This document shows positions 1 through 13,849 of a DNA stretch of 64,000 bases, in pieces. Numbering within the stretch: the first letter of the stretch is position 1; every line of letters begins with the position of its first letter. Position numbers and translations under genes: made by a program. Below the pieces are notes generated by a model, which saw only the letters and a program-made list of their open reading frames with translations, had not been told where the DNA came from and ran no database searches. The stretch comes from Lingula anatina (lineage: Eukaryota; Animalia; Brachiopoda): positions 14,322,001-14,386,000 of the forward strand of contig CM120649.1 of assembly GCA_051362555.1 (NCBI GenBank). Reading direction: 5' to 3'.

Positions 1-1336
1 TTTTTACTGACACAGATCCATTTTTTACAAACTTGTTATTATTAATATATCGTTTTTTAGGATGGTTATTGTTCGATCCTCAGTCTATTCGTTTGATGGC
101 CGTGATTTCTTCTATTTTTCATTTAGTTTTAATCACTTTTTCACCATAAAATCCATTTTTCATTTAATTCTATAGAAAATTTTGCTACAAGAGTAATTAC
201 TAGCATACGTCTTGGCGATTTATTCAGGGGAAGGCAAAGCACGCGTAAACTGTTGTCGTTGAGCGGGAATCATGCAGTACTTTATTTGTTTGCTCTTATA
301 CCGAATTTAGTAACAGCTCGTAAGTGTCTTCACCACAATACCATAGAACCGAAATCATAATCGTCTTTTCATCAGCCTGGTTGTTTGACTTTTCCTTTCT
401 TTTTTTTTCTATTTCTCTTTGTGATACTATGACTAGTAGTCCATAAGGTTACCTTTGATATCGTTTCAAACCATTTCCATTTTCGTGAGTACATGTGATA
501 TCTGTTTATAGATTTCTCTAAAAGAAGTAGAAACAATGTAATACTGAAGACCTCTAACCATACTAAATGTGCCAAATTTCCATAAGTCGTCAGTAAAAAG
601 CATAACCCTCGACCTTCCGGAACAAATTTTACGTTCTAACCAATAGGAAGACCTATATTGCCGGTAAGGCGAATTTGAAGTAAACGTTTTTGAAGGGACT
701 AGGCTTGATTGCTTAGCAGTACTCGCTCGCGCTCTTCTACCTTTTCTATGATAGTAACGGTCAAGGTCACAAGAGAATTGATGTTAATTTGATTTCTCCT
801 ATTGGCTGACCAACTCACCACATTGACAGGAAAAAAGTTCCAGTATAAATGTTCAAATCATGGCACATTGGCAAGGAACGGACACAAACTAATTACTTTG
901 GGTCAATGCGATTTGTGATGCTCCAAATGTTTTGCACTCACAAAAAATAGAATAGCATATTCGTTTCTGAGCGAATTTTCCGTCCATACCCTATGGACTA
1001 TAGTCGGTGGCAAGGAGCAGGCAAGGGAATTGTTATGTAAGTACCTAAGGTGAACTCTTGTCACAGAAGTTTAGTTGCAATGTTTGATCATATTTCGTGT
1101 ACTAAACCATGTACTTCTAGTGAATAAGATTTCACTCTGCAAAGTTCAATTAACGCAGCCACAGCATAAGGTCTGCTTGTGTGGACTTTCTCGACTCCCA
1201 CATATTGGCTGTCAATTTCAGCTAATCAAAATTGAACGTCGGCATAAGCTCCTCGATATAAAGACGTCCTGTGTGTCGCATACAATAGACAACTCGTTTT
1301 GTAACTACCGTGGGTTATACATGTACATATTCTTAC

Positions 1337-1490
1337 CTAGCAGTGCAAGAGACGATGTCGGGAAATCTTCATCCTGCTGAAGGCACAATATCGTTGTTCC
1401 CCACGAGTTCCCAATTCCCGCCCAGAAAACAAATAATAGAACAGTTATCCCAAGCACTACCCAACCCCTGTACAGGGGAGAAGATATCAT
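1337..1490 (-). CDS. First coding exon of a further SLC16/MCT-like paralog, divergently oriented; the rest presumably lies left of the window
   Basis: Translates MISSPLYRGWVVLGITVLLFVFWAGIGNSWGTTILCLQQDEDFPTSSLALLG. Same 154-nt length and phase-1 G|GTAAG donor as exon 1 of copies A, B and D. No exon 2 seen in 1-1336. Confidence 0.75.
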
Positions 1491-3104
1491 TGTTGACTGG
1501 TGTCACGGTCTCGGACTGAGGTCGCAATCAGACCGCGTAGTGAGAAAAGTGTGTCCTCTGTATCATATTGGGTCACCAAAGCTATATCTTCTACCAGGTC
1601 CACTGATTGATTTTCTCTAGATATTCACAGAAAATGTCTCAGGCTAAATATGTTCAATCTTCTAACTGCGCTGCTGGTGGAAAATTTGAACCTTATACCT
1701 GCCGCCTTGGTAGAGGGTACCAAAGGTACTGTACAAGGTAGAGAGAAAGCACGAGGTGCGGAGCTTTGAGCAAAACACAAGAGATAATTGGCGAGGCCAA
1801 GCATGAAGCCCTGGAACATTGACGGTTGAATGGGGCACAGCGTGTACTTTTTCTAGTGCCCTTTACCCTTATATCAGGGTGTTGTCGCGAAGGCCAAGCG
1901 AATACATTGTTTCATTATATTTTGCGTGTGATCTAATTATAGCAACTCTGTACGATTAGTTTTGTTAGTTCACTTCATAATAAGGGGTGTCAGAGCATCA
2001 AATTGGTCAATACAGATATACTTTATATTTTGTGGATTCCATAGTTTCCTCCCAGATGCCCATAGTAAACCGGTGTAACATAACAGACAGCCCCCGCCCC
2101 CCCCCCTCCCCCCCCCCCCCCCCCCCCCCCCATGATAGAGAGTCCGCTTTCCATTCATTTGCACAGGTAAGCCTCGTCCTAGATTTTGACCCGCTTAGGC
2201 CAGGCTAACCCTAATCATTATAACTAAATGGAGGGCGAACTTACTGTTACGAGGACCTTCAGTTTAGTTACACAGGTACTCTAGGATAGAGGGGCATTCA
2301 GTAAACTTCAATGTATGTCTTTATTACTGTATAATTAGTGTGTATTTAAGAAATTATTAGTTCTAAGTTACTTCATGTATGTGTACTTGTCGTGTATATC
2401 GCCTTACCATTTTAGCATACTGAGGCGTCAGTCTTTTTCAGCGCTAGCCGGAGCACTGGGGTTGAGTTAATATTGTGTGAGTATTTGCATCGTTATAAGC
2501 GAGTTTTTTATGTGCAACGCCGATTATTATATTTTTATGTAAGTTTATTGTTTTTTTTACAGTGTATATTCTTAATGACAGTGTTAAGTGATCATCTGTT
2601 GAGTGGTTTATTGTATACCAATATTAATTATTGTATTAATTCTTCCATGAAAGCCACCGCTACGTTACATTCTGTTAAACACGGTTATCATTCAGTTATA
2701 CTTCACTATAATACATCGTCTTTTCATCCTACGGATATGTGGTTGCACTGTGATGTGCGTGTGTAAATAAACCCTTTACAGCCTCAGCGGCGTTACACAA
2801 GTAACCCCCTTTTTACCACTAAACCACCTCCAACACACCTTAAAAGTACACGACAAGTTCAATAAGTGCAACATACAGGTACATTAAATTATAAAATGTT
2901 CTCGAGTACCTTTAAAATCTTTTATCCCCCCCTCCCCCCCCCCCCCCCCCCCCCCCACACACACACACATTAGAATATTAGAATAGTACGGCAAGTTCAA
3001 TAAGTGCAATATGTGCTGATACATTAAATTATAAATTGTTCTCGAGCACCCTGAAGATCTTTTATCCCCTCACACACACAAATTAGAATATTAGAATAGC
3101 TAAT

Positions 3105-3180
3105 AGAAGTACCACCAATCCCTGTACAGAGGAAATGATGGCTTTGCTGTCAGTAATCGGTCTCTGACCGTCGTAGAGAA
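3105..3180 (-). pseudogene. Decayed fragment of the transporter exon-1 5' part
   Basis: Reverse complement contains cctctgtacagggattggtggtactt plus upstream cgacggtcagagacc. These match ctctgtacaggggttgggtagtgctt and cgacagtctgagacc of intact copies. Truncated, with no donor. Confidence 0.5.
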
Positions 3181-3534
3181 CTGACAGGTGAAATTTTACT
3201 GCTGAATCACCTTAATGGATTGGAATTTTATTTTTGCAGTCACAAAGATGTAGCTCCCAACTACTTTAGCAAGCATCAGATGTCTTTCTTTTCACCATCA
3301 GAATACAGGTATCAAAAAGACTGTGGCCAGCATGTTCAAAAGGGGATCGTTTTTTTCTGAAAGAGTGCGTCTTTTAACGCAAAGCTGCATAAACTTTTTT
3401 ATTGCTACAATTACTCCGCAGTCAACACGATCTGCAGAATATTCTTCTGTCCTCAATCCGTACTGAATTAAGGTTTTAAGAACTCTGCTATTGATCGGCA
3501 TTGGTCGCCATGATTCTCTTTCTACATTATTTTA

Positions 3535-3951
3535 TGCCCCTATTTCACACAGACCACGAACCCCACGAATCGCCAGGAATTGACAAATTTCAGGATTCGT
3601 GGTTGAATCGTAATCAGTTCGTGAAGTTCTTAACAGAATCGTATATAATCGCAATCATTTCTTGCAATTCTTGATCAATCGGGAATTCGTGGCAAAATTT
3701 TTGAGCTGTGCAAAATTTTGGCCACGAACTCCCGATTCTAAAAAATTGTAGTGAATTTCTGCACAATATTCTTGCGATTCCAGCCGAATCCCACGAATAT
3801 TCGTAACACTATCGCACCTGTATCGTAACTGAATCGTAGAGCGTGTCGAATTAGACCAGAAAATTGGCAAAATCTCACGAATCCTCCCGAATCCTGAAAT
3901 TTGTCAATTCCTGGCGATTCGTGGGATTCGTAGTCTGTGTGAAATGGGGCA
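3535..3951. mobile_element. PIF/Harbinger-type MITE (~417 bp)
   Basis: ~65-bp imperfect TIR (tgcccctatttcacacagacc... / ...gtctgtgtgaaatggggca). TTA on both sides (3532-3534, 3952-3954). Internal cgaatc/gattcg-rich repeats. Confidence 0.75.
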
Positions 3952-3985
3952 TTAGGCACGCGCCTATCCCATTCGCGCCTGTTTA

Positions 3986-5939
3986 GTAGGCTTGTTAAGG
4001 ACCAAAAAATGGCCAAACGCTGCATTTTGTAGTACAAATGTCTAACTTGGCATAAATGTTCCTTGGGCCAAAAGAAAATTTTTTATCCAAAGAGACGCCC
4101 TCTATCGATACATTAATTAGCATAAATTATGCAAATTATGTGCCAAAATATATAATATTTCATATTTCCATTAATTTTTGGCCTAGAAACATGTATAGAT
4201 TATCAAACCTGACTAAATTAGGAACAAGGAACCCAATTTTGATCATTTGGAAGCAATTGGTGGCCATTTTGTGCCTCAAATCCAAGATGGCCGCCACCCG
4301 CCATTTTGAAAGTAGACATAATTTTGCTATTTTATGTTGAATTTTGAAGCGTTTGGTCTAACTATACTTGATATATATATCGATTCTTACTATTTTGGGG
4401 GTGCAAAAGTCATTTTTGATATTGTTATGGTGATAGTAGGTGATTTGAAGGAACAAAGAGGGTGTTTTAAGTGCCTACCAAGATATGTGTGAACGCTGCA
4501 AAACCATGGATATTGATAACCCGCATTCAAATATATCTCAATGCAATTTTTTGTTATATACCATCGCTATTGGACTATATTATGAGCAAAAACACATTTT
4601 ACCATTATGGTGCCCATTGGTGGCTGTTTTATCCCTCAAATCCAAGATGGCCGCCAAAAACCATTTTGAAATTGGGCATAATTCGCTATTTTGAAACTAT
4701 ATGTATTACATCTTTGTAAATGAGTAATACGTCGTTTTATATTATTTTCTGGTGCAGAATACATTATCTGTGTCATGAAATGTTAATACAAACTATTTTA
4801 GCCTCCAAAATCAATATGCATGTAGGCTTAAGTTGTCAAATAGACTTACATGTGCCATGTAGTCTAATTATTACAAAATGTTTTATTAAATCCTAAAGAG
4901 CTTGAAACAAGCGTCAGAGATCAAAATGGCTTAATTAAAGGTAAAGAACACATACCTGGTGCTTTGAATTGGTAGCCATTTTGATCCTCAAATCCAAGAT
5001 GGCCGCCAGTCACAATTTTGAAATACGGGTAAGGCATAACTCATCAATTTGAAGCTATTGCTCTTACACTAGCATGTAATACATCGTTTCTTATCATTTG
5101 GGTTGTAGAAGTCGTGTCTTATCTCTTCTGAGATATAATACAAAAAGAAAATATTACAAGGCTCTAACACCAATACAGGCTTACGTCTTCACCTTGTATA
5201 CGTCTTGAAGTCAAATTTGTGCAAAAATATGTTATATAACAATTATAAAATGGTTTTGCCAGACATAGATTAAGTGCAAGAGACCAGCATGGCTGATTCG
5301 ACTTTATGGTGACTACTGTTAGCTATTCTGTTGTTCATATTCAAGAGCCTGTCACTATTTTAAAATTATGGCATAATTTACCTTTTTGAGCTGTTGGACT
5401 TTTATATATGATCGTAATACATCAATTGTTACCATTTTGGAAGTACGTAATTAATTTCCGGTGTTATTCTGGTGACAGAGGATAATAACAAAGGCATAAG
5501 GTGTTTTAAGATGATTCCAAGATGAATTTTCTTGTAGTTGTCATTTACTGTAGATGTTTTGTGCTTGTTCGTCCATTGGAAACAATGAGAACTATGTAGT
5601 TGCCTTATGGATTTCTATTGGTAGTGAGATGAATTGTCTGGCCAAATCATGCTAGGAATGATCACTGGCACTGTCAACTAGGAAAAGAGGCTGCTTCCTC
5701 GACTTTTTTGCTCTATCCCTCTTGCCTACCTGCGCAGCTGCTGCTTTCTAGTTGGTTTTGCAGATTCCTTCTTTTGTGTAAAGATACCACTTTCCTCTGA
5801 TGCAACATGTTCTCATGCATTGATGTTTCTCTGGAAACTGGATTTTAATATATTGTTTGGCTGTTTCTCATAGGACACTGACAAAACCTCAATTCTTACT
5901 GGCTGTTATCTTATTGGCCTGCCAGAGCTGATCATGCAT

Positions 5940-5990
<51 letters not shown>

Positions 5991-7715
5991 GCTGCTGGAT
6001 GATTTTGCAGGCAAGATCTGGAGCTATTTCAAAGCAAAGTCCATTTGCTTGTCTTTCACGGGCATTTTCGCATCAATACAACTAACCAAGTTCCATATTA
6101 TTATAAGACTACGACACATTGTTCACCCTTCAAATCTTCTGGACTATATTTAACATGCAAATGCAAGCCCCAGTGACTGGGACATAAATGTACATGTGGC
6201 TTTTTGGTTCACATTGACCAGTAAAAGATTAATAATATAATACCACTATGTATATATATTTATTGCTTACCTTTAAATTATTCAGTATCTTTTAGTGGAT
6301 GGTCACTTAAGATAAATCTGAATGATATATTTGAGCATGTGGTTCAGGTTCCACATTTTTGTTACAGACTCAACGAAACTCATCTTGGAATTTATTTTAC
6401 AACCTTATATCACGGTACCTTTTTATTATCTTCTGTCATCAAATTAGCACCGGAAAATTACTTTTGAGCCCCCAGAATAGTACCATTTTACCTAATACAA
6501 GCCCACAGTTCAAAGGTTATAAATTACACCAAATTATTAAAATAGCGGCATGCAACCAACACTTGGTTTTGATCAAAATAATGGCTAACAATTATCCTCA
6601 TGCGGTCAAAGATGTATTATTTTGCTTCAATGCAGCCATTTTGTTTGCTGACACTTGTTTTATAGATCGGGCAAAAGCAGTTTTGCACTAATTGGATTAC
6701 TAATTGTACATATAAACTGCAGGCCCATGTGGCAACTGAATCCTATATTTATTTGGAGGCTTATAAAAGTTTCTATTTACATTTTATGAAACCGAAAATG
6801 CATTCTGCACCAGGAAATAATCAAAAATGACGTATGGCACGCTTATGAAGGTGTGATAGTTTCAAAATGGTGAATAATGCTCAATTTGAAAATGGCGTAT
6901 GAGGGTCATCTTGGATTTGAGGCACAAATTTTATGAAACAAATAATGTATTCTGCACCAGAAAATAATATAAAACGACGTATTACTCATTTACAAAGATG
7001 TAGTACATATAGTTTCAAAATAGCGAATTATGCCCAATTTCAAAATGGTTTTTGGCGGCCATCTTGGATTTGAGGGATAAAACGGCCACCAATGGCTTCC
7101 ATTATGGTAAAGATGTGTTTTTTGCTCATAATATAGTCAAATAGCGATGGTATATAACAAAAAATTGCATTGAGATATATTTGAATGCGGGTTATCAATA
7201 TCCATGGTTTTGCAGCGTTCACACATATCTTGGTAGGCACTTAAAACACCCTCTTTGTTCCTTCAAATCACCTACTATCACCATTACAATATCAAAAATG
7301 ACTTTTACACACCCAAAATAGTAAGAATCGATATATATATCAAGTATAGTTAGACCAAACCCTTCAAAATTCAACATAAAATAGCAAAATTATGTCCACT
7401 TTCAAAATGGCGGGTGGCGGCCATCTTGGATTTGAGGCACAAAATAGCCACCAATTGCTTCCAAATGATCAAAAATGGGTTCCTTGTCCCTAATTTAGTC
7501 AGGTTTGATAATCTATACATGTTTCTAGGCCAAAAATTAATGGAAATATGAAATATTATATATTTTGGCACATAATTTGCATAATTTATGCTAATTAATG
7601 TATCGATAGAGGGCGTCTCTTTGGATAAAAAATTTTCTTTTGGCCCAAGGAACATTTATGCCAAGTTAGACATTTGTACTATAAAATGCAGCGTTTGACC
7701 TCTTAACAAGCCTAC
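3986..7715. mobile_element. Foldback-type non-autonomous DNA transposon, copy 1 (~3.7 kb, ~790-bp TIRs)
   Basis: Ends TA|gtaggcttgttaag ... cttaacaagcctac|TA. Arms ~3986-4775 and ~6930-7715 are near-perfect inverted repeats (mirror ORFs 4056+/7655-). Modular sub-repeat ctcaaatccaagatggccgcc. Full second copy at 52152-55877. Confidence 0.85.
5940..5985. repeat. Poly-T run; other simple repeats: poly-C ~2091-2131 and ~2925-2956, (AAT)n ~8318-8352 and ~10865-10895, (GA)n ~21807-21835, (ATT)n ~63446-63488
   Basis: Directly visible. Confidence 0.9.
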
Positions 7716-8316
7716 TAGTTGTGTCAGTCAGCAAATCAATATGACCACAACGTATCTAAAGAGCGCATTTTAAAGAAAACCATGCGAATTTGGTTGGTGA
7801 AGCGGTGTGGCAATATTTGTGCAGACAATAATACTTCAGCATTTCAGAACACAACAAATTTGTCAGCGAATAGTTCAGTTCAGTTTTAAAATTGTATGCG
7901 AAAGGATTTTGCAAATACATTACTCACCGTCTGTTGCAGCTGCCAAGCACTTTTATTTAACTGCCATCCCATTTCTCTGTTACATATTTTCTTTAGATTC
8001 TCTGACATAAATATAAATTTACTAGAAGCCATTTTCGTTCAACAGCTTCAGCCTCAATTAATTTTAATTGAAAAGTCAACTACCTTACAGTTTCCGTGTA
8101 GACTAGCGAAAATAAGTATGTAGTCTACGATTTTTTCAACTTAAAAATATTCGATTTGATTCAGCAATTTCTATGCGGCATAATGTTCTCAGTCCCGTTC
8201 CTTCTCCACTGGATCCACGAAATCCGTTTTCTATGGAAAATGACGGCCATCTTGAATTTTCTTAAAATACCCCAAAATATACAATTTTACCCACCAATCA
8301 TATATATCACCATATT

Positions 8317-8353
<37 letters not shown>

Positions 8354-8842
8354 TCAGGTAATGCACACTCTACCCCCGGACAACTTGACTTATATCACAA
8401 ACCTATGTTAAACCTAAAAGTTTTTATCTGTCACTTAGTGGTTACAACAAGTTTCCAGTGCGCTTTGTAATGCATGCAAGAAAACAGTACTCAGGAGATG
8501 CGAAACGCCAACCCATGTCAAGCGATTCAACACTTAAGAAGTGGATACGACAAAAAAGAGAGCTACTATGTATACCTATATGGCTATAAAAATGCACTCA
8601 AATCCTGACCTTCCTTCTGTTCACCGACCTCATGAGGCGAGACGCATATCTGAATTCACCTCAGTGCAATTAATATACAGACAAAAGGACGCCTTCTTAT
8701 ATTTCACAATATTTTTTAAGACGCATCTGAGTTGACCCTTACCCAGCGGGCACAATGACTTGCAAAATAAAAGTTTTGTGATCAGCTCAGGGACATCAGA
8801 ACCCATTGACAGAGAGAAAGGCACCTGTGTTCCACTCTAATT

Positions 8843-9105
8843 CAAGGGACCATTCCCAGACCCAATCATACTGACTGTGGATCGATCTATGTCCAAGGGG
8901 ATTCTTTCTAATTTGCAATCAACTTAAGCAGCTTAGATGTCTGTCTCGTCTACTGAAGCAGCTAATGGGTAATTAATTATCATTTAGCAGCTTCAGAAGG
9001 CGTGCCAGACATCTAAGCTGCTTAAGCTGACAGCAATTTAGCGAGAAACCTTTTGGAGATGGATCGATCCTGTTAGATCGATCTAGGTATTGGAACCCAG
9101 TCTTA
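8843..9105. mobile_element. Palindromic MITE-like hairpin
   Basis: cttaagcagcttagatgtctg...ctgaagcagctaa and ttagcagcttcag...cagacatctaagctgcttaag form an imperfect palindrome, with ggatcgatc near both ends. Confidence 0.6.
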
Positions 9106-9604
9106 GAGACATCTCACCCTATCTCAGGTGACTGCGTGGCGTGGCTTGAACGCCTCGTGGCCCAGTCGTCGCACTGGGACTTTTCTCTAAGCCTGTTAGA
9201 TAAATAGATACTTAGAGGAAAAAGTTTATTTTATTTTTTCTCTATTTACTTTAAGGAATTTGATGATGTGTAAACTCAATAGAGGCTTGGTACTATGTAC
9301 GCAAACGTAGCCGGTCGAGATGAAACCGGTCAGGGACTGTCATGATAAAATGTCTGTTTTAATTATATCATTCAACTTGATTTTATCGATTTCATTTTAC
9401 GTTGATTAATAAAAGCCTTATCGTACTGTTGCGATCACAAAAGGTCGACTCGACAACATATGCTAAGGATAAATCCATTCTACAATTTTATTTTTTCACA
9501 ACGGTCTGATCACAACGACAGAACAAAGAAATACTAGAAATATCTACCATCCGATATTCTCACTTGATTACGACGACAGTCTGAGACCATGACACAAGAT
9601 AATA

Positions 9605-10860
9605 ATGATGTCTTCTCCTCTGTACAGGGGTTGGATCGTACTTGGAATATCTGTTCTGTTATTCGTGGTCTTGGCGGGGATCGGGGACTCTTGGGGGACA
9701 ACGATCCTGTGCTTTCAGCAGGATGAAGCTTTTCCGGCATCGTCTCTTGCAGAGCTAGGTAAGAATTTCCTTGAATAGATTGCCTGCGATATACTACACT
9801 ATAGGCCTATTTAGTGAGGCATGCACGTCTGAATATGACTTTTTCAACTCACTGTTATTTATCCGATCTTTTTACAAGCATGAATGAAATACACTTTCCC
9901 GAGGTCGATTGTACTGATAACAAGATTGATTGCCGAACACTGCACTAGAACATCCAGGGTTAGGCTAAGGGTAGCGAGGGGAGGGATAGGCGCGAGAGGA
10001 CGCATTTGTAAGACGGGAGATGAGACCAATATTAAAAGAATACATAAGGCTAAAGGATGGGAATAATTTATGTCTTGCTGGTTACATTCTTGAGTATTTT
10101 TAGGCGGGGGAGGTGGGAGGGGGAGGGTAAAGTAAAGGGGGTAGTGCACGGTGCACCTGAATATCGGTGATGCAGTAATGTGAATTCACAATTGGTCATG
10201 AAACCCCTAGAGAATTTGAGAAAAGACATGTAATTTAATATTTGGACAGGTCATACCTCTATAGGCATGCGTTCCGTTCAGTTCTTGAAATATTTCTCTG
10301 AATAATGTTTTCGTGTCATTCTCAGTAGCCAGTGTTCTGTATTATCACGAAATTTGTAGAAGTAATAAATGTGAACAACTTGAATTTATGCCATCTTTCC
10401 CAGTGCATGGAAAAAAGCCCCTGGAGATGTACATGTACACGTGAAAAATATCTACTGAATTACACTTATTTTCTGTTCCGCGTATTTCAAAAGATGTTTA
10501 ATACATGTTTGTTTGTTTATTTTCCAGGTACCCCTTTATCAGTTTACATCGCTGGCAAACTGTGTGTAACTAACTTTATCTACATTGCATTATCGAAGTA
10601 TGGTCACCTTGACATTGGGCAAGTAATGGCACTTGGACTCATCTTGTCGATGGTGGGGTTGTTGCTGACGTCATTTGCAAATGGAGCCCAGTCTGTGGCC
10701 ATTGCTTTTGGAGTTATATCCGGAACAGGAAATGGGTTGATAAGTATTTGTGGGTATTTAGTGACAGCGCTCTGGTTTCCATGGTCACACAAGTTTCATG
10801 TGTTAACCTCAAGTGCGTTGAGCGCCTTGGAGCCAATTGGTAAGAGCCCTTAACCCCTGA

Positions 10861-10899
<39 letters not shown>

Positions 10900-13497
10900 G
10901 TAAAAAAAGAACTGAATAATAAAAATCTAAATGGGCCTAACAAAAATACCTTAAAATTACATTTAAAAGTTAAACAATATAGCAAACCGGACCCTGGGTC
11001 TGTCATGGCGAGTAAAAGTAACAGCATTATCATTTTAATCTTAGGCTCGGCAATTTTCAACAACGTTGGTGCCAAGATGTGCTCAACTCCGTCACTGGGT
11101 TGGCGTTGGGCATTCAGAATATTTGCAGCTATTCTCTCCTCTTCTGGAATGCTTCTGCTCCTCCTGTACGGAAACCCGCCAGAGGCGAATGAACAACGGG
11201 GCTGTCCATCAGATGAAAAGTATACATTTTTACATTTAAACCCCAGTGGTTATGATATATAGCAAAATGTAAATCGTCACCTATTTAAGTGAACGTAGCG
11301 TGTTTCACATAGTAAAATGTAAATGATGTCAAGTGACTACCTGTACGCATAACGCCTTTTTCCTTATTTGGTCTGTCTTTTCGGCCCTTCATCAGAAAAC
11401 CTAGATCACGTGAGTGGCCAGTCGATGTGGCGACATAGCAATAACTGCCCCATAAGAGACAACTATAAACTTATTATTCTTACCCCTATATACCAAACGT
11501 TAGGAATTGCGACCTCACGTTTCGACCAAACTTTCATTTGAACAATTATGATAACAAAGGGGCTATAATGTAAAGCAGGGAATTATTATAAGGATATAGT
11601 CATTTATGTAGCGTTTGCTCCGTCGATTTTACGCCAGATCACAACGGAGGATAGATAGAATAATATGAAGTCAGTAAGATAATACCAAGCGCCATTTGGG
11701 ACACACAAAGGTCATTCCTCTTTTAGGTTAAAATTCCTACAAAAACCGCCCTGGTCCAGAAGCTCTAAAATTGCCATTCATGGAATATGGGGCCTGGCAA
11801 TATGTTGTAAGGGATTCGCTTCCTATATACCTTTTGTTATACTAGTAAGTATGCAAGTTGCGAAAATGTGCACCGCTTGTGTTAAAAGAACCAAAATAAT
11901 AATTCTTAAAATTTGCATGGTTTAATTGTCATGTGTTAATATTTTGATAATTTTCGACCAGAGCTTGTGGAATAATCAAGGCAAACAAGAAGTAATGTTG
12001 TATTTGTGATACTATTAAGATAGTAATGTACTGATTTTCTTCGAGACTCGGACAAGTGGAAGGTAAAACAAAAGGTATGATATCGGACATAATTAAATTA
12101 TCAGTCTATATATAGTTCAGCAAAAATAAAAGTGTAATTAAAATTCAATAAAATGTGTAAAATAATCAAAATGTGGATGGATTTTTTAAATAGATAACTA
12201 AATTAAATAACCAAACTTAATATATATTTATTTATTATTCTCTCTTTTTTGCCAAAACACGTGACTGAACTCGGATACCAAGAATATGAAGCAGCATACG
12301 TGATGACAGTTCTAGGAATCATGGGCATGATTGGACAGATGTTATTCTCCTGGGTCGGAGACTATTTAAAAGGGAACCTGCTTGTGGTGAATTTGGTTGC
12401 AGCTTCTTTGCTTGCTATTAATAATATTATCACTGCATATTCGACATCTTTGGCTGGTGCGTTCGTTTATAGTGCCGGTAGGTTTTTTTACCTAACCCAT
12501 ATAATGGTAATCTTGTTAGTCATGTTGAGTTTGCTGTATCGTCTTTTTACATTGCGTTTGTTTTTATATCTTTAAAATATATTAATCATGATAACAAAAA
12601 AAATCAAAACTACAAAAAATAACCAAACGGAAATGTGAAAATATTGTTTATGAAATTCATTGAAAGATTTCCAAATTAAGGACAGAAAAAATGCTAAAAA
12701 TCTTAACATCAAAACAATTACATATATTGTTTTTACCTTGAATGAATAAACCGAAAAGGGTGAGGGATATTTTTTGTAATCTAAACAAATTTCAACACAC
12801 TATTTCAGTCACAGGTCTAGTTTTTGGTCCATATAATTCTGGCTACTATGCTATCAGCAACGAGGTCATGGACGGCGAGAATGTTGACACGTTGTTCCTG
12901 ACAAGTCGTTTCAGTCGAGGCATTGGAGGTACTGCCGGAGCGTATTTGGCAGGTACATGTATAAGTATACCTTCAGAAAATTTTATATACAAGTATCTTA
13001 ATCATCTTGCTTTCAACTCCTTCCTTTTTCTGGGACATTGTGTTTACGATACGCAAATCAATTTATACAGAAATTAAGGAGATTTCAAGTTGAGAGAGGT
13101 GTCGATTTATACAAAATCAATAATAATATTTCAAAAGCGCACACCTGAAGAATTCAGTCAGAAATATCGAAGAGGAAGTCAATACGGTTCTTTTCTTCAA
13201 CCTAAATGTCCATAACAAAAAAAATCTTGAGAGAGAGAGCGATTTAGCAAATTAACAGATTAAAGAATATTTTGTCGCTATATATAGCCCGCGAATGTAC
13301 CTTTATCTAATCAATCTCTTACTACGTATACTCCAGGATATATCCGTGACGTCACAGGAAGTTTCTACGCAGTGTTTCTGTCTATTGCCTCATGCTTCGG
13401 TGTGTTTGTTCTAACAACGGGTGCTATTATATTTATCAACAAGTGGAGGGACATGAGAAGTGTGAAACTTGAGCCGAACTTTATTGCTTTTGAGTAA
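9605..13497 (+). CDS. SLC16/monocarboxylate-transporter-like MFS protein, copy A (429 aa if spliced like its paralogs; exon-5 acceptor is TG, not AG)
   Basis: Exons 9605-9758, 10528-10839, 11045-11219, 11727-11844, 12252-12477, 12809-12952, 13337-13497 (1290 nt, open frame). About 12 hydrophobic segments. SLC16-like motifs YRGWIV, FGVISGTGNGL, LGWRWAFR, AGYIRDVTGSF. Confidence 0.8.
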
Positions 13498-13849
13498 ATA
13501 CTACAAAATCAAATTCATGGGCCTCTTAAGCTAGCAGTCAAAATTTAACTAAAGCCAAAGATGATGTTATTAAGTAAACATGATCGTTATTTTGATATTA
13601 CGAAAAATTATATGGTAATTGGAGAAAATATGTTAATATTAAATATTTGAAAATATTAAATTTTCAATAATTAGAAAAGCCAAGCGCATGCATTAGGTAA
13701 TGCTTGTCAATCTCGTTGAAAACACGTCATTAGTAGGAAAAACAAGTTCATAGATCGTTGATTAAAAACAATATTGCACACCCTCATTTTGTTACATACA
13801 TTTGTATTTGTGAGTGGGGGACATAATCCGTTATCCAAGCGGTTTCAAA

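Noticed and set aside
1625-1870. Purine-rich stretch with short ORF upstream of the - strand exon
   Set aside because: No homology or splice support visible.
3545-3940. Regularly recurring cgaatc/gattcg motifs, superficially CRISPR-like
   Set aside because: Eukaryotic context, no constant repeat-spacer period, and enclosed by MITE TIRs.
4056-4719. ORFs repeated in several places (MFLGPKENF..., MPTKICVNAA..., MLQTQRNSS...)
   Set aside because: They lie within the foldback TIRs or core. The repetition reflects DNA repeats, copies are frameshifted, and no protein motifs were recognised.
11005-11044. ORF starts MASKSNSIII / MSSKNNSIII upstream of exon 3 in A, B and C
   Set aside because: This is conserved intronic acceptor sequence read in frame. 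The AG acceptor fits the phase, and the start is absent in D.
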